Source: Ptychomitrium polyphyllum (Eukaryota). Taken from it: DNA of 64,000 bases. The stretch lies in assembly GCA_973851085.1 (NCBI GenBank), contig OZ316775.1, forward strand, positions 18,166,001 through 18,230,000. Direction: 5' to 3'. This document shows, piece by piece, positions 1-19,310 of this stretch. Position 1 is the stretch's first letter, and every line of letters starts with the position of its first letter. Under the pieces are notes generated by a model, which saw only the letters and a program-made list of their open reading frames with translations, made no database searches and had not been told where the DNA came from. A program made the position numbers and the translations under genes.

Positions 1-145
1 CGAAAAACAGCCACAATGCGAAAATCCAGACTGGAAAATGTGGATGCGACCAGCAAGACGGAAATCCGAGCTGTGAGACGCTGCGGCGCTAAACGATGCA
101 ACTATGTTGTGAGTGTGAGCACTCCGAGCTGCAGTTTAGCCTTGC

Positions 146-215
146 GCCACGTGGCATATTCCACTTGGGCATGGGGGTTACCCAACGGCCACGTGGCGTG
201 GTGGGGACGCGTGGC
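146..215. promoter_or_regulatory. Cluster of G-box/ABRE elements plus a CE3-like element
   Basis: Perfect palindromic GCCACGTGGC at 146-155 and 188-197, and ACGCGTGGC at 207-215. The target gene is not identifiable in this window. Confidence 0.55.
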
Positions 216-1790
216 GTGCCAGGGTGGGAATTGTGGAGCTCCATCCACGCACTATCTGCGCAAGGGGTCGGATGTCGCTCTTGCAATTCCTCCCATAACT
301 GTCGTCGTCGTCGTCGTCCCCCTCATCACAACGCTGCGTACACTGCTTGTGCTGCGTGTGGCCCGATAGGAATCTATACATTTTGTACATTTTAGAACAG
401 GGTACACAGTTTGCATGTGTAGATTTTGGAAAGGGGTGCCTAACATAACCCCCTAGCGGGAGTCTACGACTCTTGTAGACTTTGTATCAGGATGCATTGG
501 GTAACGCATCCTGTGGGTGTGGGACAATTAGTGTTACCCTGCTTTTTGGGAAGTTGAATTAAAGGCGGGATAGAAGTGCTAGAGAACAAGGTTCAAGTTC
601 ATCAGATAGGTTCGGGATCAAGAAGTTGCTGGACGACGTCATGTGACTCACTGAAGGTTACAGTGAAATCGATTGGTCAGAGGAGTGAATTGAAATGGTT
701 TTTACGAACGGTGTTTTATGTGGTTGAACAATGTGAAAAACAATGAAGGAGACTTGCAAGAGAATTTTCTTCATTCAAAAACTTACATCGAAATCTAGAA
801 GTCTTTCTGGATGATCGTGGTGGAAGACTTGCTGGAAGGCATTGAAGAAGACAATAATTCAGAAGGGGCGAGGCATGTTAGTGTGAAGCTTGCTATCCAA
901 ATTCAAACATGCGATTATTAGTGTAGAGGGACTATTCAATTGAACATCGATAAAAAGGCACCGTGACGTTGTTAACAGGCATGACCCTACACCATCTTTA
1001 TATAACTGGGTATTTGGTGTAAATACTGCAGATACTCTAATGAAGGCAACGTTTAACAAAGCTTAGTATTTGAAGTGGAAGTACATGCAAGCTCTCCCAA
1101 ATACCAATCCTTCATAGACTAAGGACTCTTTAAACACCCATAATCAAAGGGCAAATTCCATCACCCAAAAGTATGATTCCTTTGTACGAACTAGGGTTGG
1201 AAATCAACGAATTACAGTCCTTCCTACTTAAATTTTACTGCCACGTTCTGTGTGCCACATATCTATTTACTGTTGATTTCCCACTCTTCAACAATGAAGG
1301 GGAGTTGCTGCGAATGCTGAAGGATGTTATGGAAGAGCTTTCATGTACATCAAACGCGTTTCATGTACTGAACAAGTTCAAACCCATTAGTTTTCAAAAC
1401 TACTGATTTTGAAAGAGGTGTAAGTATAAGTTTCTGAAGTTCCAGAGTTGCTACAACCACATTCCGTAAAGTGCAAAAAATTGACAGAAAAAGAATTAAT
1501 TAAATTACTGGGACAAAAGCGATGACATCGACTGATGTAGTTCGCCCCCTAGAAAGTTACTGAGAAAATGGGAGTTGGAGAAGTTGGTTGTTAAAATTAG
1601 AATCTGCCGCCACATGACTATCTGGTGAACAATTGATAGACCTTACAAGTCCAGAGTTGGTCACTCGAAAAGATCACAAGGGCACTTTGCCGTGCCTTAA
1701 CTAAAGGAATTGAAGGCTAAAATGTATGAATGATCAAGATGCCTGAGACGTATCCTGAAGGAAGAGAGTATAAATACCGAACTCCTTCGC

Positions 1791-7414
<5,624 letters not shown>

Positions 7415-10400
7415 AGTTCCAAAAAGCTCTTATCAAAGCAATCAAAAAAATTGTAAACGATGTTTTCTTAGATCTGCCTCCCAGCGCTTCACTAAAGAGT
7501 AACGAGAAGCTGAAGCCAACTGAAACTCTAACCCCGCCACCTCCACCAAACGCCAAACAATCCAAGCAGATGGCATTCACCCTGCACCAGATCTCGAGAG
7601 CCGCTCTCCTACGCTCGCCGCGCAGCTGCAAGACGCGCACGCAACAACCTCCATACACAACGCGTACACTATCATTCCCCGGCGCGTCGATCCAACATCG
7701 CACCACTCCCCCTGCACTTCCACGTCCACATCCCCTTCCCAACGCAGCACCGGACTAGGTCACGCTAGCGAGGTACGAGGCGCCAAGCACATGACCGCGC
7801 AGCAAATTGACGCGCGCTCGTGATGGCGTCGCTCCTCCTGGCAGGTTGCTCACATTGCCATCGTGCTCTTCCGTCCTATCTCTCCCTTCTCACGGCCGCA
7901 CCTCTCCCTCTCACTTACCACCCTCTCAACAACACCATCGCCACACAACTATTGCAACGCTCCTCCCTTCCTCTCCTCACTTCAATCGAAAACATCCTCC
8001 TCGACAAAACCATGACGAATCCTTGACAGAACCTTGACGAAACCTCGACGAACGCTTAACGAAACCACAACGATGACGCCAAGAACACTTCGACCCTCAC
8101 TCCCGGGGATTCTCTAGTTCTCTCTTCAGAGAACTCATCCTAGAGAACGCACGACCACGACCACGACGAGAATAGGGAATGTATACCTAGAACCGCTACC
8201 ACATCTGATTACCGTCAATATCTACCGATAGCATTTATATTACTCCAAGAATCTAAGGAACAGCGTTCACAAAGACGGTTTTAGATAAAGGAATTAATTG
8301 TTACTTTGGGCCATCGGCATTATCTACATTCTCTATAAACTTCAGAGGAATGTTCGACACGAAAACTAGATAGTGTTGGTTGTAGGTGTAGTGGCGGTTT
8401 AGGATATGCGTCTCTAACTTTCAAGCGTACGACCGGGCTTTCGTCGTTGATTGGATGTTTCCCATCTAAAAGTGCCACAATTGCGCAGGATGATTATCTC
8501 CATAATGCGTAGATTCTTCATACTGCAGGATGACTCTCACCGGTTTCAGCGGGTGCTTTCTTCATTTGGGCTTTCCTAATGATTTATTAATTTTACAACT
8601 TCGACGAGCCCTTAAATGGAACATGTTACTATTTAGCAGGTGTGAACCGAAATAGGATTTTACCGCCTAACAGTAGAAATGAGGTAGTATTGGAATATCC
8701 TGCTGATTGGAGTTCTTTTTATTATTGAGTTATTCTGTCACTAGTTGACATGCTGCCAACGTGTCCTATATACGTCTACATTTTCAGGATGGAAAAGATT
8801 AATAATGCATGGTCTCTGCTGGCTATAAAAGCGCAGAGAAGTACAGTACGATGTAGAGCTGGAACCCAATTATATGGCATGATTGGGTGGAAGATACAGT
8901 AGTATGAATAAAGCAGACTGTAATGGATGATATTTACCGTAGTTCAATGGCTCTCTCTAATAATTGGACAAATACTGTAATGTTCACGAGTTTACACTAG
9001 CATGCGGTTCATACTAAGTTATTACAGAAAGGGTTGTATTGGTGCAGTAACTTGAAACTTATACGGTGATCAGTTTGTCATTTGTGATAGATACACTTAC
9101 ATGTGATGAAACACTAGAAAGTGGACTACAGAGGAACGTGCAATGTATTTTCAACCTTCAAATAATGGCTACTCAGAGGCAAAGATTTCAAATGTTCTTG
9201 GTAGTTGGCACAGTAGCAAAAGAGTTTTCTATTAATACAAACCAAATACAGAAATGCTATGGAAAGTCATAATTTATCATATGTCACTCAGATCAAGCCT
9301 CGTGACTCAAGATGTTGTTGTTGATTGGTATATTAATATGCATTCAGTAACCATCCATTTTCGTTCAGAAATTCGCAATGTGTAAATTGGCAATGTTGCA
9401 TTGGATTATTGAGATAGAATATAACCTTGTTATTACAACATTCATATATATAACAATTTTGATTAAATGATTCATTTTTGTCCAATCAATTTTTTTAGTT
9501 CAAAACTCCTTCTATAGAATAATTAGGACACATTTTAATATGACAATTAAGACCCCCAAATTGTTGTATAACCAAGACAATTAATGTTTAATATGGATGA
9601 ATTTCATCTAAATAATGAATATTTGAAAATTTTAATGGTACTCCACTCATTTATAATTGGAAATCTTATAAGAACTTCCAAAACCTAGGGTTAGAAAATG
9701 GTGGCTAGTGTTTGTATGGCAGTTAAGGCTTGTGTGGCGGTTAGGATTAGTTGCCATTAATAAGCTTAGTATTGTACACCTTAGTTGGCATAAAGTCTAT
9801 CTTCAATATTTTATAACCATTGTAATGTGTTTCTATATCTAAGTTGGTTAAATTTTAAAAACCTCAATAATACAACATCAAATGCCGTAAATATCATATA
9901 ATATAAAATGAAACAATTTGATTATACAACAATTTTCTTGTTTTCCAAACTTGTTATATTAAAGAGGGATAATAGTATAGTCCTTAGGACTTGGAAAAGG
10001 GAAGACATAGATCATGAAATCAGGAAAAACTCGGCCAAAAAAGTCACCTTGACGATACTGTAGCATACTACCAAACTGTACATCCAACACAAGTTAAAAT
10101 ACAAGTGAAGATTCAATGGCCTGCTTCCTTTCTTTAGGATACCGTGTTTAAGGTACGCTACTTATTGATCAACCATTTGACTTAGGCCATTTCATTTACA
10201 AAGAATGGATTCGTTTCGTTTCTTCTCTCCCGAATCTAGAGTTTTACAGCTCCAATCGAATAATGGATTCCATTTGCAATCCACACAAGCTGTAAAGCAT
10301 ATCATACAGAGTCATCGATCCTGCCAGACTTGTAAACCAACCATCAGTCGATTTTGAAATGAATACGCGATAATCTATGGCGTGGAATTCTGACATGATA

Positions 10401-11386
10401 TTTCCCAAACTAAAGACTTTTGATCGATGCTGGTAACTTTCCAGTATTGTACTGCAAAATGGTATCTAAGCTCACCTAACTTACTCTCACCTTGCTAAAA
10501 ATACCCAAATTCCGTTCTTGGAGTAGGTAGAGCGTGCACATTCTGTACATTGCTCAGAACCTAGAAGTTAGAGCATCTGTACTGCCCACACCACAATGTA
10601 AAAAGGACCTTTTTATTCACATGGAACCAGTACGTGAAAATACCAGCATTAGGAGCTCATTAAAAACCATATAAAGTAGGCACAAAACATCTTGGACTGC
10701 AACTCAATGTGAATGAGAAGACTCTTCTTTACAATTTGGTGTGTACATTAGAAATGGTTTCAGAACCTTCAGTGAAGTTGCTCTGCGGTGAAACCATCGT
10801 TTGAACCACAGATTACGAGTCCTGAACACCCACACTGAAGTGTCTGTTGACTTTGATTTGCGAGACAGCGACAACTTCCTAATTGCAGCACCATGAACAC
10901 ATGAAAATCAAGAACCTCGCAAGGTCAACAACAACAGGGTTGGTGGCATTGACCATGAACTCCGTGCCGGTGCAGGCTGAAGTTGAGAATGGCAGTTCAC
11001 ATATGCACAGCCCACCAACCGAATGAAAAAACTTGTGTACTCATTTTGTAGCACAAGTCCAACATGCAGCCACTGTTGCCAATCAGAGTCTACAGCTTTT
11101 GACAATTACACCAGGCAAGTGGGATCCAACCACGTTCCGACGTCAGTGTCTGTTCCGAAAGCTTGTAACATGTCGAGTTCAAAATCCAAAGCGGTTGAAG
11201 CTACAAGTTCTATTAGGCCTAAGGTACATGCTTCGTTGCTTCGCAAGCAAAGCCAGTAGAGTAAAGCACAGGACTGGATTTGGTTCTAGTTGTCTGGATC
11301 ATAAATATGAGGAGTCAGAATCCTCGGATGCGAAGGATGTCAAAAAGAAAAACTGGAAAAAATAGTGGTGCCAGATACATAGGAGA

Positions 11387-12843
11387 CTACTCTCTTCTAG
11401 TTCGCAACCCATAAGTGTCTTCCGTGCCATTCTTCTGGTTCTTTCGCCTTTCCGCAATCATTGCAGTGTAAGCCTGCACAAAAGAAATGAATCGGACATA
11501 GGAGACGCAACTCCATGAGTATTGTTCCAAAACTTTCAGCATCGGTCGCATCGCACCCTGAACAAACTATAGCTTATACCATCCTAAATGTATGGTCATC
11601 GCAGGCACAGAAGAATAGCACCGGTCCCAAGAAAATGGCTCTCTACGGGTTTCATCATCTTGAATCTGCTAAACTGAACTAAATCTGCGAGTCAATAAGC
11701 AGACCCTAAGATATGAATCACATGTTAATGCTCCAATACTACATAACATTTTTATGCATATCAAAAATATAAACAGAAGCCAAGCTTCGGCAGCTTCAAT
11801 TTGGAAAAATACATCTAGGTTTACGCAACACCGAGATTGAAGAGATACAGAAGGCATGTACATAACGCAGACTCATAATACCCGCAAAGCATCGGGAAGT
11901 TCAAAAGAATATTACAGGAGTGTTGAGCTCACCATAGGATACGTGTAGAGGAAGACATACCACCACCCAGCTACCAAAAGTGTGACAATCCCGGTCACGA
12001 TGGTGGACTTAATCATCAACCACGACAAACTCACGCCAACGACTCCTGTCAGCACTATTGTCCATGGCTGGCACCTGCAAGAAAGCAATTGCAAAATTCT
12101 GATTATAACCTATGCAAATACCACATGCAATGCGAACCCACGCAGAACAATAAATGACAAATAAGCAAGTAGCTGAAACTGCAACGCGGACACAACCAAT
12201 CTGTTAAAATTTGAGCTGATTTCTGATAAAAATGAGGTGGCAGCAGAATATCTCCACAAAACCTCTTAGCCCCATCGTATATCTACTCTCGCGAAACTGT
12301 AGAAATTAGGTCGGAATAATCAGAAGCTTTCAGTGCTGTATCAGAAGATCAATGAACACGAAATAACGAGCACCGCAGTTAGAGCAGCCATGTTCTCCTG
12401 CCATTCTACTTCAACCACGTCACCATGCCGAAGTCAAACACTTGAAATCTACTCAGCACCAACTTGCGAAAGAAATTCACGCACCATGCAGGTTTGGTAT
12501 CCCACACATTCTCGTACTCGACGGACAATTCATTGAGATAGCGCTCCATGTCCTTCACCACGCCCTCGTCATCTACATTCCCATCGACATCATCGGCGCT
12601 CGCTTTCACCTCATCCACCCTTCTCACCCTTCTCAACTGTCCTCTGTTCTCCAACCCCAACCTCCCTCCACTCGCATCTCCCCTCCATCTTTGCACCAAC
12701 TTCGTGGACTCTCTCACCTGCAAACTAATGCTGCAACAAAAAGACCAATCACCAAGAGACGACTTCCCTTCATACCTATGAGCCGCTCGTGGCGCAAAGG
12801 CAGCGCAGCCTGAGCGAACCCAGCTAGCTGAAACCGCTGCCAT
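11387..12843 (-). CDS. Plastid-targeted DUF6737-family small membrane protein, 3 exons
   Basis: Ser/Ala/Arg-rich transit-like N-terminus, then VWDTKPAW|CQPWTIVLTG...WWYVFLYTYPM|AYTAMIAERRK...RE*. This resembles the cyanobacterial/plant KPWWCQPW family. Confidence 0.8.
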
Positions 12844-13957
12844 AGCTCTCGCTTATCAAAGCCCGCTCACGCAATTCGTTGGCTTTCAGCTCCAAGCCTC
12901 CGGAGCTCAACTAGTGTGAACGGTACTAAAATGGGAAAATTTTCCGCTCGCTCTTGACAATGACCGAATTTCTCAAGCTGGAGGCACGGCTCTCTAGCGA
13001 GCGAGCCTCCGGCACTAGAAAAGCCACGAGTTTTGGTGCGACGACGGCAGCGCAACGAGGTCGCACTCTCGACCTGAGCAGATAAAGAGATTGGATTCGA
13101 TATAAAGTATTTGTGTGTGTTCCTTCGCTCTTCCTTCTCACGGAAGGTTCTAATTTTTTGGGGAATTTTGTTTAGGCTTACAACGGTGTAGTACCTTGTC
13201 GTGGTTTGCTTTTTGAGAGTTGGATGCAGCAAGTTGTTTTATTTTTTCTTCATCCGTTGGATTGTGGTTATTAAATGATGAAGGAATGTAATTAACATGT
13301 GATGAAATTTAAATATTTTCATTTTTATTTATTATGTAAATTAGTTTTGTTTCTTAAAGGTAGGTTATCTTAACCGAATTTTGGATTCATTTAGAAAAGC
13401 TTGATTGGTTTGAATATTTTATGCTTTAAAAAATTTCCATTAAAAGACATCATTTTTTAATATTATAACATATTAATGATGAATATTGTTAGCTTAGAAC
13501 CTAGTAGAGAATTTTATTTTTTAGGAAATATGTTTTACTAAAACATCCATTTCAAAAAAATCTTCACACATGCAATTTTCATCATTACCAAATTTATTTA
13601 TTAAAATTTTGGATTTATATTAAATTAATATGTTATAATAAAAATGAACGTCCTCTAAGCATAACATTTTTAGCACCATAGCCACATAAATCGTGTAGAA
13701 TATTAACAATAAACAATCAGTTTAGTAATATGTATTTCAAAGGTACCCCTCTTACTCATCTTTTAACGATCTTTCAGGAGGGTTGTTCGCAATGGATACT
13801 TCTGTTTGTTTAAAAGAACGAAGAAGGGACTAAATTTGTTACTCCCAACGGCACATTTTCAGACGACGGTTGCAGAGCAACGATCTCATCCACCGCGACC
13901 ACCGAAATGGATGAAAATCATCTTACCACCTCGAAGCCAGTTCCACAGAAAGCCTCG

Positions 13958-13998
13958 TTCCCGCCATTCTCCACACGGTCTCCCGCCATTCTCCCGCC
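13958..13998 (+). promoter_or_regulatory. Three tandem E2F-like sites upstream of the CTF4 homologue
   Basis: TTCCCGCC at 13958 and CTCCCGCC at 13980 and 13991. These resemble the E2F consensus TTTSSCGC typical of replication genes. Confidence 0.5.
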
Positions 13999-14759
13999 AC
14001 TATTGCAGCGCCGATCGTCTCTCAGCGCTGCTCAATGCTGATGCTTCTCGAGAGATCCATGGCACGTTTGTGTCGTTGAATGCGTGAACACCACCTCGCT
14101 GTGCTCACCATCCAGACTACGAAGTGTGGCCTTCCTGTTCGGTACCTCCTGCCCTGACATGCACCAGAGGATTTCCCTTTCGTTTCGCAATCTGTGGTTG
14201 CGTATCCCAGCTGGGATTACATGCATCGATGCCATGTTTGTGTCACTAAATGTGTGAACGTCACCTCCACCTCGGTGTGTTCTCAATCCGGGCCAGGAAG
14301 TGTGCATGAGCTAGATTGTCTGATTTCTCCAGTTTTGACGTTCAGCTGATTACTATTTGCGTTCAGTAACCTGTGGTTGCATTTATGATACTAGTAGTTT
14401 TGGTTTACTTGGAGATTGCTGCAGGTGGGGTCTTTTTACGTAGGTCTTGAAATCGCGACCAGGTGTTAGAGATCGATTCTAGACGTTTTTAGTAGGTTTG
14501 GTCTCCTGAGAGAGTGAGGTAGTAGCTTGTTTCGGAAGCTTGTCTTGTGGAAGGTTGGATTTGCGTTAGGAGTCCCTGGTTGCGCATGTAAGTATCTGTA
14601 TGTGTTAGGATTCTGTTGCCGGGGTTCGTGATTGAGGTTCGTTTGTTAGATTGGAGCTCGTTTTGGGTAGCGGGGGAGGAAGCTTGCCTTGGAAGCAATA
14701 CGTTGTGTTTGGTGAGGTGGGTTTTGGTTGTTGGGGGTGTGGGTGATTTGCGAGGAGCC

Positions 14760-17700
14760 ATGACGTCGCCGTCATCGTTCACAGCGCGGTTGCGGAACAA
14801 GCTGACTGCTTGGAGTGACGATGACGAGGACCTGGAACCGAAGCCAGCGGAGAGGGCTCTGTCTCTGTTCGTGACCCCGGAGGAGGATCGGAACACGGAG
14901 AACCGGGAGCTTTCTCCTGTCGAGCCGAGTTCTCCCAAGATTGTGCCTGCCCGCAAGCGCATCGCAAGAGCACCGTGCTTGGATAGTGATGACGACGACG
15001 AGCCGTATCCATTCACGAAGGTGGCGAAGGTGGAACATGCTCCGCAGTCCCCGAAAGTGAAGATATTCAGAGATCCTAGCCCTATTGATGCTTCCAGTCC
15101 TGTCAGGGAACCGAACTACATTCGTGCACGGCGGGCTTCGGCCCCAACTACTTCAGGGCCCGCGATACAAGCGGCTGTTCAACCCGGCTGTACACAAATG
15201 CGTGATGGGAAGAGCCGGTTCTTGGCTTACAACATGTTGGGCAGCATCAGCAGAGTCGAAACAGAGGCGGGCTTTGCTCACGTGGAGGTAATTCCTTCTT
15301 TGTTTTGTTGCTCTTTTTTACAACGTTTCATGAAGTTTTAGTGTACTCAGCGGTGTTGAATTTCAGGATTCTGCTATTCTACATTGTCGTGTTCTGCTTT
15401 GATCATTCAAAATATGATTATAATGTGGTAAACATCGGTAAACAAAAGTGTACATCCGATCAATCTTGTTTGGAAATTTAAGACTAACACTGTTCTGAAT
15501 TTATCATGAATGTGGTGAGCAGGTGGATTTTCATGACACAAGCAAGGGTATGCGAGTGCCATCCATGACAGACTTTTTCGGGTTTACAATGGCTGCACTA
15601 AACGAGAGAGGCAGTGTATTTGCTAATCCGCAGAAAGGAGATAAAACTCCGAGCACGATAATGTATCGACCATTTAACAGCTGGACGAGCAATAGTGAGG
15701 TCAGATTCAAAGCCAAGGGTTTGTAGTTGCGTATTGTGTTTGTGTCTTTCACACAAGTACTGTGTGGTTTCTCTGGAACAAATTTAGTTGACGTTTGTAG
15801 ATTTTGTGTTAGACAGTTCTAAGTCTCGAAGCTGCCCGGATCGCAAGCATGCTGCATTTAAGCAACTGTTGAACTTTACGTCATCGCTAATACGTAGTGT
15901 CACGTCTGCAGTGGTCAATGCGTTTCCCTGCAGACGAGGAGGTTAGAGCTGTTGCAATTGGCAGTAGTTGGGCAGCAGCGGCAACTAGTCAACATTTCCT
16001 TCGTGTTTATACGGAGGCTGGGTTGCAGGTGATTTATCGGCCCAAATTCACTCCAATTCTTGAATGCTTCTGCCAGGACATGAATAAAGATGTAATACAT
16101 CCTTTTCTGAGTCTAAAGAATTTGCTACTTCACATGGCCCCTTACATGACCAAGTCTTAACTCTACTTTTCTGCCACATGCAGAAATCTGTCTTCTCCTT
16201 GGCTGGTCCAGTAGTTTCACTAGCTGGGAATGGAGATCACTTGGCTGTCGTTAGCCACGCATCAAATCCCTTGCCTTCGGGAGATCAGGTGTTAGAATTC
16301 ATGTTATTGAACGTGAGGGATCAGAAACTGATGCTAGCGGGTAGGCTTCCGCTGAGCCCTGCTTCCATGTTGACCTGGCTTGGTTTCACTGAAGCTGGAT
16401 CCCTCAGTTCATGTGATTCTCAGGTACATTCTCATTGTCCCATCGTACTTGGTGATTGTCCTCGTAGTGTGGTCTCTAACGAGTCTACTTTAATCCTCTT
16501 ATATTGTAATACCTCCGTGATCCTTAATACAGGCAGACCCTTCTCTTCTGCTGCTGGGTGCTGATTGGTTTTTCTGTGCAGGGAGTGCTTAGGGTTTACA
16601 GTAGCGAGTACAGTGGATGCTGGATCCCTGTTTTCAGGTAATCTTCTATCTGAATCATCGTGCTGTTACATCTGGTACTTCGTTTAGTCATTTGTTGTAG
16701 TATGTGTCAATGAAGTGCGTGTTTTCGAAAGGAAGAACATGGGTTATTGAACCCTTTTCGTGGTGTTGTCTTTTAGTTCTGCTGCAGAGAAAACGAAGGA
16801 GAAGAACAATTATTGGGTGGTTGGACTGAATACTGCACAGGTATACTGTGTAGTATGCAAGGCACCCGATACTCAACCTCAGGTTGTTCCAAAGCCAGTG
16901 ATGAGTGTCATGAACACTACTGTGCCTGTCGTGCACTCAGACCTCGGAGCAGACGATCTGGAAAGTGATTTCTTAAGAGGAACACTGCACCTCACACATG
17001 TAAGTGTTGGTTTTAAATGAGTTTGTATCTCATCTTATGTAGAGCTTCTGTAAATGCCATCGACGTCAGTTCTCTGGATGTGTCTCTGGTGATTTCAAGA
17101 ATTCACAATCCAAGGGCCTGCCATTCATCTTACGGTAGGGCATTTTTTACAGTTTCAAAAACCTTCTCTCATTTCATGAACACTCTCGCAGACTCGATCC
17201 ATGGTTGATGAAGCTGCCACCGCTGGGCGTGATGACGATGAGGCAGATGAGGCGGTGTTTAAGATGGAAGCAGAGCTTGATCGCTGTCTTTTACGTTTGA
17301 TTGCAGCCGCTTGTAAAGGTACGAGAACAATCCGTCAGGCGTTTTTCCAAGATTCTGGCATACATTTGTGAATGTGATGAATGCTAATCAATGATGAAGT
17401 AGTATATAGAGGATCATGCATGCAAGCTCTTTTTTGAAAATGAGACAGTGTTGTTGCCGAGGTTAGAGCTGATTATTGATTGTATATTTTGCGCAGGAGA
17501 TAAGCTTGCAAGAGCTTTGGAGCTCTCCAATCAGCTATCACTCCACAAGTCTATGGAAGGGGCTCTCAAATTAGTTACTGCAATGCGCTTGCCATCGTTG
17601 GCCGAGCGGATGAATCAACTTCTCGAGGTTAGCACTGTTCTTTATTTTCCCGTTCGTCTGTGCATCCGATGCTCTAGTGCATGTGACTCTTGTCTTATCT

Positions 17701-18400
17701 ACAACGTTACTAGATTTATCTTTAGGATTCAAGTCGATATGTACAACGCCTATACTTCCCTCGATGATAATTGAGTTGATTCCTCTAATCAGTACTTTGA
17801 AGATCTTGACTGAGGATGGAATGACCTGCCACTTGACAGGAGAGAAGTGCTAGAGAGAGAGCCGCAGACAGTGGAGGATCCCTACACCAGCCCCAGGCTC
17901 AAGTCCTATATCCAACCTTCACTGCTACTCGTTCCAACCAAGAGCCACTGCGAACTATGCCCTCAACTTTTGGAAATACAAATAACAAAAGCTCTGAAAG
18001 GGATAGTCAGGGACCTGCCCCAACTTCACATGCCATTGCAGATGCTTCCGTGCAGCCATCCCACAGACCGGAATTTCGATCAGCGCTGAAGAAATCACAC
18101 AAGAGAGTTACTGCAGATGCTGCGCCAAAGACGCCGTCTGTCGAAAGGAGCTCGGATCAGGATAGTCAAGCTGCGTCTTTGAAGGCTGCTACTGTTCCTC
18201 AAGGATCTTTTGTGTCTCTCTCAAACTTCAAGCCCAGCAATCCTTTTGCCAAGAAGGTAGATGCCAAGCAGAAAGCAGATGATAAGAACGACTCCATATT
18301 CCAATCACTTAAGAAAATGCAGACTTGCGCCCCTGAGATAAAACGCAAAGTTGGTGGCAGCGCACAGCAGAGGCCTGCTAAAATGGGGAGGGTATCCTGA
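14760..18400 (+). CDS. CTF4: CTF4/AND-1/WDHD1 (EOL1-like) replisome hub homologue: SepB beta-propeller, helical domain and C-terminal tail, multi-exon
   Basis: AVQPGCT...RFLAYNMLGSI, VDFHDTS...SMTDFFGFTMAALNERGSVFA, STIMYRPFNSW...|WSMRF, WAAAATSQHFLRVYTEAGLQ, LTWLGFTEAGSLSSCDS, YWVVGL, LDRCLLRLIAAACK|GDKLARALEL, PSNPFAK. GT-AG introns are in phase. Confidence 0.9.
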
Positions 18401-19310
18401 GATAATAGTCTAGTAGAACAGGGAGTTCACCCAACTATTCCATGCTTCAGGTTTATATGCACCAATTCACGTTTCAGGAACTTTTCCTTGTATATTTGTA
18501 CTAAACCGCATTTACCGCAACTCAAATTGAGCAATTTAATGATTACTCAAAGTGAACGGCTTACCACGACTCCAAGAGATTTTGAAGTTTTCATGATTGT
18601 AAGAAATAACTTTGGCTATTCTGGAGATGAAACAGAGGAGAAATGATACGAAATTCTGGTGCGAGGGCTAGAGCATGTACAGAAACCCTTAGAGAAACTA
18701 AGCGAAGGCGTCATACTGTTTCAAATGCTTCCAACGGTAAAATTTGAGGAGAATCTGTAGAGTTGCATTCATGAATATGGAACTTTATATACATGCCACT
18801 TTTACTCGTTATTGATCTTGCATGTACTTGGCAACCAACAAGTTTTTTGATTCGTGAATCCATTCAGCTGGAGTTGGCCGGAATTTTAAAAGTATACTAA
18901 GACCATTCCAACAACTCCAAAGACTGCTTTAACCAGTTCTAAGACGTATGAGTAGGGGTCTCATGTCTCTCAAACGACTGGGTGTGGGTAGCTGAGTTTG
19001 CCAGTAGTTAGCTCCGAAGTCACTTCAGTACTTCCACCAGGAATTCCCTTTTTGGTTGTGTTTTATCAGTTAGTACCGGTATGAGGCTCGTGGTTGCCAC
19101 TTTTAGTGGCGTTGTGAGCCTGCTTGTAAGATAATCGAACTATACTTGTATTCGTTGACACAACTTTGCTGCAGTGGTATAAGAGTTAGAGAAGAGCTAC
19201 ATTTGTCCACAAGATAATACTCGTCACATATAAGCGAGTAACGAATCACATTATATTATGTCCCACTTAATGCTATCAAAGAGCCTCGAACCATGCCATG
19301 TTGATAGCAT

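Noticed and set aside
700..1700. Possible retroelement or gene remnant
   Set aside because: No gag, RT, integrase or other recognisable motif, and no LTR, PBS or TSD found.
8013..8075. Short degenerate GACGAAACCTT-like repeats upstream of RWA
   Set aside because: Low-copy, degenerate simple repeat with no supportable function.
14489..15016. 175-aa minus-strand ORF
   Set aside because: Antisense shadow of GC-rich CTF4 exon 1.
17391..17475. Intronic C/D-box snoRNA candidate (ATGATGA...CTGA) in CTF4
   Set aside because: The terminal stem is weak, and the only rRNA-like complement (GTTGCCGAG) is short and not adjacent to the D box.
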